Assembly: GCA_913047675.1 (NCBI GenBank)
Contig: CAJWTO010000003.1
Span: forward strand, 6,670-70,669
Length of the DNA stretch: 64,000 nt
Source: an uncultured Pseudomonadota bacterium
GTDB taxonomy: Bacteria; Pseudomonadota; Gammaproteobacteria; Ga0077536
Direction: 5' to 3'
Below, in pieces: positions 57,503-64,000 of the stretch (its first letter is position 1; each line of letters starts with the position of its first letter). The notes under the pieces were generated by a model that worked only from the letters and a program-made list of their open reading frames with translations, was not told the DNA's origin and searched no databases. The translations under genes were made by a program, and so were the position numbers.

Positions 57503-57514
57503 TACGCTACCGCC
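57503..57514 (-). promoter_or_regulatory. ops (operon polarity suppressor) RfaH recruitment element in the locus leader
   Basis: The minus strand reads GGCGGTAGCGTA, 11/12 identical to E. coli GGCGGTAGCGTG, with the GGCGGTAG core perfect. It has the correct orientation, lies 238 nt upstream of the ugd start, and an RfaH paralogue is encoded at 23156..23650. Confidence 0.75.
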
Positions 57515-57653
57515 ATTAAGCAAAATGGCTTAAAAGATAATAAAACTCGATACTCATGACGGAAGCTGTATCCACAACCAAACAACTTAAATTCAAGTTT
57601 ATACCATCAATTAAAATCTTGCGCGAATCACTTTCGGAAGACTAGCTTAGTAA

Positions 57654-57729
<76 letters not shown>

Positions 57730-57833
57730 AAATTAGCTATTCACATCAACTTCATGATGCGAACTTAAATTTTCGCTGAGGAGTCTACATCAAAAATCAT
57801 TGGCCGGAAATAGCCCCCACCCATAAAATGGGA

Positions 57834-59147
57834 TTACATCACAGAACCAGCGGGCTTATTTTCAACATACCAACATAAATATGCAAAGAAAATAGCCAAA
57901 CAAACCCCATAAAAGGAGGTGGTCATTTTCAAATTAAACACTTGGATAGTGAGAGAGGATGCGACAATAGGAACAATCATACCGAGACCAACCGCCAAAG
58001 GACTTCCAACAGCAAAAGTCAGGTTCCTATATTTCCAAAGAAGTAGATAGAGTGGATAGAAAAACAGACTACAAAGTGTTAACACGCCGAACATGAGACC
58101 CTGACGAACCGGTTGCGCTAACAGCTCAGAATGAGAGCCAGCCAAAACCTTAATATCGTATATTTCTCTGTTCAACAACGGAACCATTAGCGATAACTCC
58201 TCATAAGGAGGCAATGACGACCGATCTCCAAAGCCAAAGAATGGGTTGCTCTTTATTAAATGAATATCTATCAGCCCCAAAATAATTCTCTGGCCACTTG
58301 AAGTCCGCTGAACACCACTGTCATCTTGAAATAAAAATGCCACTACTCCCCGAACAGATTCATTAACTCTGTCATGCACAATATCCGAAATAAAATAAAC
58401 GAGTGTGAGTACTATTATCAGTCCTATTAGCCCAATCACTTGGGTTTTAAAAGAGTGTCGAAAACAATACATCACATAGACAGTTAGCAAACAAGCGAGT
58501 GCGACGAATGAACTCCTTGACCAAGACTCAACCGCGATATATGCGGCAATAATAGTCAGGACAACCTTAAAGAATACGTCAATACGTCCTGGAAATACTT
58601 TTCTACCCCAAAAGAGAGTCAGCCCAAGCAAACCGATTGTAAAACATGGAAGCGTAATTGGATCTACGAAGTAAGTTGCGGCTCGCCAACCCCAATAATC
58701 ATTAGGAAAAATAACTAGCGACAGAAGCACACCGATCACACCAAAAGCTGCACCATAACTCAGGCACTGAATCAGTTTCATCGAATCAAATCTGGATAAA
58801 TATACAAAAACACCTGCCGCCAGAATCATCCTTGAAGGGCCATCTAAACTAGAACCAATGATCTGTCCCCTACCAATCTGGGCAAATAATTCAGAAAAAA
58901 ATGGCAAGACCAAACATACAAGCAACACCCAAAACTGCTTACTTCGGTTACTAAAGTAATAAGTCCAATTTCTAATAATTGGCCAACAACAGATGAGAAA
59001 AAGTAAAAAAAGACTAGTTGTCACCCAACTTTTGACTGTCAAAAAAAAGACGGGCATAAAGAAAACTATGCTCGAAATCAATTCTGCCCGCCCATAAGAA
59101 TGGCTATTGAAATTTCGCCAAAAATTATTCACAAACTCATCGCCCAA
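57834..59147 (-). CDS. O-antigen ligase family (Wzy_C domain) membrane protein (WaaL-like or polymerase)
   Basis: 437 aa with more than 10 TM segments and a periplasmic loop carrying the conserved His context GSHSELLAQPVRQGLMFG. It uses a TTG start. Confidence 0.7.
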   Translation of the reverse strand: MGDEFVNNFWRNFNSHSYGRAELISSIVFFMPVFFLTVKSWVTTSLFLLFLICCWPIIRNWTYYFSNRSKQFWVLLVCLVLPFFSELFAQIGRGQIIGSSLDGPSRMILAAGVFVYLSRFDSMKLIQCLSYGAAFGVIGVLLSLVIFPNDYWGWRAATYFVDPITLPCFTIGLLGLTLFWGRKVFPGRIDVFFKVVLTIIAAYIAVESWSRSSFVALACLLTVYVMYCFRHSFKTQVIGLIGLIIVLTLVYFISDIVHDRVNESVRGVVAFLFQDDSGVQRTSSGQRIILGLIDIHLIKSNPFFGFGDRSSLPPYEELSLMVPLLNREIYDIKVLAGSHSELLAQPVRQGLMFGVLTLCSLFFYPLYLLLWKYRNLTFAVGSPLAVGLGMIVPIVASSLTIQVFNLKMTTSFYGVCLAIFFAYLCWYVENKPAGSVM

Positions 59148-59209
59148 AAAAATAACGGATATTGATAGGATAGTTTCTAGACTATCAATATCCGTTGTAA
59201 ATACTACAC

Positions 59210-60985
59210 CTAGTGTCCTGTCGCCGACCCTGAACCACGAGGGACACGGATATCCTCAACCAAAGCTTGGATGTGTGCTGGCGGCGCTGTGGTAAATTTA
59301 GAAACGATCCAGGCAGAACCAAAATTAAGTAACGCCCCCACAGCACCGAAAGCCTCTGGCTGGATACCAAATAGCCAATTATCAGGCGTATTTGCTAAAT
59401 TATTCGTCCCGGGAATGAAAAACCAGCCTTTGAAGACGAATATATAAGTCAACGTACTTAAGAGACCAATTACCATTCCAACAATAGCGCCTTGGCTATT
59501 CATCCGTTTATTAAAAATACCCATCATTAAAGCAGGAAATATCGATGCTGCTGCCAAACCAAACGCGAGGGCTACCACTTGAGCTGCAAAACCTGGCGGA
59601 TTTAGCCCTAAATAGCCTGCTACCGCGATTGCAACAGCCATAGAAATTCTGGCCGCCATCAACTCAGTCTTTTCAGAAATATTAGGCGCAAACACTCCCT
59701 TCATGAGATCGTGGGAAACCGCAGAAGAAATTGCCAAAAGCAATCCGGCCGCGGTGGACAACGCCGCCGCAAGACCGCCAGCAACCACTAAGGCTACAAC
59801 CCAATTGGGCAAGTTAGCGATTTCAGGGTTTGCAAGCACCATAATATCTCGATCAACTTTTACCAATTCATTTCCATTCCAACCATATTCCTTCGCCGTT
59901 TCGGCAAAGTCGGTATTTTTGTCGTTGTAGTATTGAATTCGGCCATCACCATTTTTATCTTCAAACTGAAGCAGACCTGTGGTCTCCCACTTCTTAAACC
60001 ATTCAGGACGCTCCTCGTACACCAAATTACTTTCTGGCTGACCAGTTTCACCAGGTTGAATCGTGTTGATTAGATTAAAAAATGACATCGCACCGACCGC
60101 TGGAGCTGTCGTATATAGAATTGCGATGAACACTAAAGCCCAACCGGCAGAAGAACGTGCATCCTTGACCTTAGGTACTGTGAAGAAACGAACAATTACA
60201 TGTGGTAACCCCGCCGTTCCGATCATTAGTGATAACGTCAACGCGATCATATTGAGCGATGTTCCCTGTTGCAATGTGTATTCTGCAAATCCGATTTCAA
60301 CCAATACTTGATCAAGCTTTGCAAGCAAAGGCGTTCCGTCCGCAACCGAACTTCCGAGCCCTAATTGTGGTAATGGATTATCCGTAATCTGCAAAGAAAT
60401 AAAGACTGCTGGGACGGTATAAGCGAAAATCAGCACGACATACTGAGCAATTTGCGTATACGTAATTCCCTTCATGCCACCAAGGACTGCATAAAAGAAA
60501 ACGATTAACATGCCCACCAGGAGCCCGGTATCGTAACCCACATCCAAGAACCTCGAAAACGCGACACCAACCCCCTTCATCTGCCCAATAACGTAGGTTA
60601 TTGACGCGACGATCAAACAAATCACAGCGATGATTCGAGCTGTTCTCGAATAAAATCGATCCCCAATAAACTCTGGGACCGTAAATTTTCCAAACTTTCT
60701 TAGGTACGGGGCTAAGAGCAACGCCAGTAATACATAGCCCCCCGTCCATCCCATTAGATAAGCTGAGGCGTCATATCCGTTGAACGCTATAAGACCGGCT
60801 AATGATATAAATGAAGCGGCGGACATCCAATCGGCCGCTGTCGCCATACCATTTAGTACAGGATTAACGCCCTTTCCCGCCACATAAAATTCGCTGGTAC
60901 TACCCGCCCGGGCTGCTACGGCAATCCCGATATAAAGAGCGAAAGTAAGGCCAACAATGATATACGTAATCGTTGTAAGATCCAT
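59210..60985 (-). CDS. Sodium:solute symporter family transporter (ActP-like, DUF4212-associated subfamily)
   Basis: 591 aa polytopic protein with an SSS-type sequence (GGYVLLALLLAPYLRKFGKFTVPEFIGDRF). It is preceded by a DUF4212-type small subunit gene. Confidence 0.85.
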   Translation of the reverse strand: MDLTTITYIIVGLTFALYIGIAVAARAGSTSEFYVAGKGVNPVLNGMATAADWMSAASFISLAGLIAFNGYDASAYLMGWTGGYVLLALLLAPYLRKFGKFTVPEFIGDRFYSRTARIIAVICLIVASITYVIGQMKGVGVAFSRFLDVGYDTGLLVGMLIVFFYAVLGGMKGITYTQIAQYVVLIFAYTVPAVFISLQITDNPLPQLGLGSSVADGTPLLAKLDQVLVEIGFAEYTLQQGTSLNMIALTLSLMIGTAGLPHVIVRFFTVPKVKDARSSAGWALVFIAILYTTAPAVGAMSFFNLINTIQPGETGQPESNLVYEERPEWFKKWETTGLLQFEDKNGDGRIQYYNDKNTDFAETAKEYGWNGNELVKVDRDIMVLANPEIANLPNWVVALVVAGGLAAALSTAAGLLLAISSAVSHDLMKGVFAPNISEKTELMAARISMAVAIAVAGYLGLNPPGFAAQVVALAFGLAAASIFPALMMGIFNKRMNSQGAIVGMVIGLLSTLTYIFVFKGWFFIPGTNNLANTPDNWLFGIQPEAFGAVGALLNFGSAWIVSKFTTAPPAHIQALVEDIRVPRGSGSATGH

Positions 60986-60996
60986 GTCAGCGCCCC

Positions 60997-61248
60997 TTAC
61001 TGTTCGTCCACATCAAATTCACGATCTAAGCGATTCATGCGTTTGACATAGTAAAAAATTAAAATGAGAAAGACGTAAATTGAACCTTGTTGTGCAAACC
61101 AAAATCCTAATTGGTAACCACCAAGTGAAATAGCGTTAAGTTGGTCCACAAGAATAATTCCAAACAAATAAGAACAGACAAACCACACGACCAGGCATTT
61201 CAATAAAATGCTTACGTTTGCTCGCCAATAGTCTTGAGCGTTTTTCAT
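60997..61248 (-). CDS. DUF4212-type small membrane subunit of the solute symporter
   Basis: About 83 aa with two TM helices and a YWRANV... N-terminus. The track ORF begins at TTG 61260 inside a G9 tract, so the ATG at 61248 is more plausible. Confidence 0.75.
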   Translation of the reverse strand: MKNAQDYWRANVSILLKCLVVWFVCSYLFGIILVDQLNAISLGGYQLGFWFAQQGSIYVFLILIFYYVKRMNRLDREFDVDEQ

Positions 61249-61357
61249 ACCCCCCCCCAATATTTGTAAAAACGTTATCTCAGTATCTTAATTACTTTTA
61301 TATTTATGTATCGATGATAACACCCTAAATCCAATACGTTCGACTTTATAATCAGGC

Positions 61358-61392
61358 AAAAAAAAACGCCAGACAAAACATCTGGCGTTTTT
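61358..61392 (-). terminator. Intrinsic terminator downstream of groEL
   Basis: The minus strand reads AACGCCAGA-TGTTTTG-TCTGGCGTT followed by a T9 run. The 8-bp stem is 61366-61373 / 61381-61388. Confidence 0.88.
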
Positions 61393-61417
61393 ATCAAAGC
61401 GATATGTGGCAAATTGC

Positions 61418-63076
<1,659 letters not shown>

Positions 63077-63122
63077 TTAGCTCCTTAAAACTTTAATTAT
63101 TCGATGTATTTAGGACGAAGTC

Positions 63123-63410
63123 TTACTCAAGCACGCCCATAATGTCTTCCTCGCGCATCACGAGAAGCTCTTCACCATCGACTTTGACCGTTTGACCTGA
63201 GTACTTACCGAATATAACTTTGTCGCCAGGTTTTACATCCAGCGCCTTATTTTTTCCATCATCGAGAACTTTGCCGGTTCCAATAGCAACGACCTCACCG
63301 GTATCTGGTTTTTCGGCGGCGGAATCAGGAATAACAATGCCTGACGCAGTTGTACGCTCTTCTTCGAGTCGCTTGACGATCACTCGATCGTGCAGGGGAC
63401 GGATTTTCAT
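63123..63410 (-). CDS. groS: Co-chaperonin GroES
   Basis: 95 aa. [18 protein letters not shown]... Confidence 0.99.
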   Translation of the reverse strand: MKIRPLHDRVIVKRLEEERTTASGIVIPDSAAEKPDTGEVVAIGTGKVLDDGKNKALDVKPGDKVIFGKYSGQTVKVDGEELLVMREEDIMGVLE

Positions 63411-63501
63411 ATGTGATGTCTCCTAAAACTTTGTTTACAGTTAAAATGGTTCTAGTCGCTTAGTTAAGCAACTAGAAAAAACCTTCAATCGAGCGGCATT
63501 A

Positions 63502-63528
63502 CTAGCACTCGACATCAATGAGTGCTAA
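63502..63528 (-). promoter_or_regulatory. CIRCE operator (HrcA binding site) upstream of groES
   Basis: CTAGCACTC-N9-GAGTGCTAA, against the consensus TTAGCACTC-N9-GAGTGCTAA (17/18 arm positions, exact 9-nt spacer). It lies 92 nt upstream of the groES ATG. Confidence 0.88.
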
Positions 63529-63530
63529 TG

Positions 63531-63558
63531 ATATGGGATCAAACCGTAGCTTTTCAAG
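63531..63558 (-). promoter_or_regulatory. Sigma32 (RpoH)-type heat-shock promoter of groES-groEL
   Basis: The minus strand reads CTTGAAA (63558..63552), a 13-nt spacer, then TCCCATAT (63538..63531), against the consensus CTTGAAA-N13-15-CCCCATNT. It ends 2 nt before CIRCE. Confidence 0.65.
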
Positions 63559-63697
63559 TGTTAAGCTTGAATTAGTGGCTAAATATTTTATAATAATAGC
63601 CATCATAGTAAGTGCTTACTATATTTAAATACTTATTGTTATATGTGATTTTTATATTTATGAATGATTTTTACACAGTTGAGAATATTTACTGATC

Positions 63698-64000
63698 ATG
63701 GTGCGATTTATATTCATATTATCACTACTGGTTCCCCATACATCTCTGGGAGACAAACTCAATTTGCCCGAAACGTTGCAATCCCGCCTAGAACATTTAG
63801 TCAAAAATTACCCAACAGGCTTTGCTGTTCGAATCGACGATATCACCAAAGGTGAGACAATTTTCACAGGAAACCAACACACACCGCTTAATCCCGCCTC
63901 CGTGATGAAGCTGGTCACCACAAAAGCCGCTATCGACCTGCTTGGCTTAGGGTTTCGGTGGAAAACTGACATACTAATAAACGGAACCAGAGAAAATAGA
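63698..64000 (+). CDS. dacB: D-alanyl-D-alanine carboxypeptidase/endopeptidase PBP4 (DacB), 3' end outside window
   Basis: My own translation from ATG 63698 is open to the window end: MVRFIFILSLLVPHTSLG...PLNPASVMKLVTTKAAIDLLGLGFRWKTD. It has a signal peptide and the SxxK motif (ASVMK) in peptidase S13 context. The ORF track lacks this frame, presumably because it has no stop in the window. Confidence 0.75.
   Translation, partial: MVRFIFILSLLVPHTSLGDKLNLPETLQSRLEHLVKNYPTGFAVRIDDITKGETIFTGNQHTPLNPASVMKLVTTKAAIDLLGLGFRWKTDILINGTRENR

Noticed and set aside
63664-63855. Track ORF of 63 aa on the plus strand at the right end of the window.
   Set aside because: A different plus-strand frame starting at ATG 63698 stays open to the window end. 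It encodes a signal peptide plus a PBP4/DacB-type SxxK region, so the 63-aa ORF is an overlapping out-of-frame artefact.

Overview
The window is a chromosomal segment from a low-GC proteobacterium. Gene content and order (soxXYZA, aroQ-accBC-prmA, hemCDXY-ppc, hemA-prfA-prmC) suggest a sulfur-oxidising beta- or gammaproteobacterium, but the taxon cannot be fixed without a database search.

The window has three parts.

(i) 1-23.1 kb is a housekeeping core: moaC (5' end cut by the window edge), soxXYZA, a gcvH-like gene, a zinc-ribbon/DUF3426-like gene, prmA, accC, accB, aroQ, a standalone DsbD-N-domain plus TlpA-like pair, an SDR gene, an FNR-type reductase, ppc, hemY/X/D/C, argH-dsbB, grxD, and prmC-prfA-hemA.

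(ii) 23.1-57.3 kb is one co-directional minus-strand surface-glycan locus (O-antigen or capsule type) of 29 tightly packed, often overlapping ORFs. It runs from ugd (start 57265) to a PglF/WbpM-type dehydratase (end 23771) and is followed immediately by an RfaH paralogue. Its leader carries a near-perfect ops element, GGCGGTAGCGTA. The locus encodes:
- a Wzx flippase, but no recognisable Wzy, Wzz or ABC exporter;
- seven glycosyltransferase or glycosyltransferase-like ORFs plus a PglC-type priming transferase;
- an unusually dense set of modification enzymes: 2 AsnB-type amidotransferases, a WbuX/HisH/HisF-type amidotransferase triad, 3 SAM methyltransferases, a GNAT and a NodU/CmcH carbamoyltransferase.

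The most interesting parts of the locus are:
- a CapE/FnlA + CapG/FnlC module in which the bifunctional CapF/FnlB is replaced by a cupin-only ORF plus a DegT aminotransferase;
- a nonulosonic-acid-like module built around a SAF-less 235-aa NeuB-domain protein, a membrane-anchored GT42/Cst-II-like transferase and a GT2 fused to a degenerate cytidylyltransferase-like domain;
- a 654-bp ORF-free spacer that splits the locus and contains a second, degenerate ops-like motif.

(iii) 57.6-64 kb holds tRNA-Phe(GAA), an O-antigen-ligase-family membrane protein, a DUF4212 + SSS symporter pair, groES-groEL with a sigma32-type promoter directly abutting a CIRCE operator, and the 5' part of dacB. The supplied ORF track does not list this dacB frame.

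All family calls come from motif recognition by eye. No database search, HMM run or composition statistic was performed.
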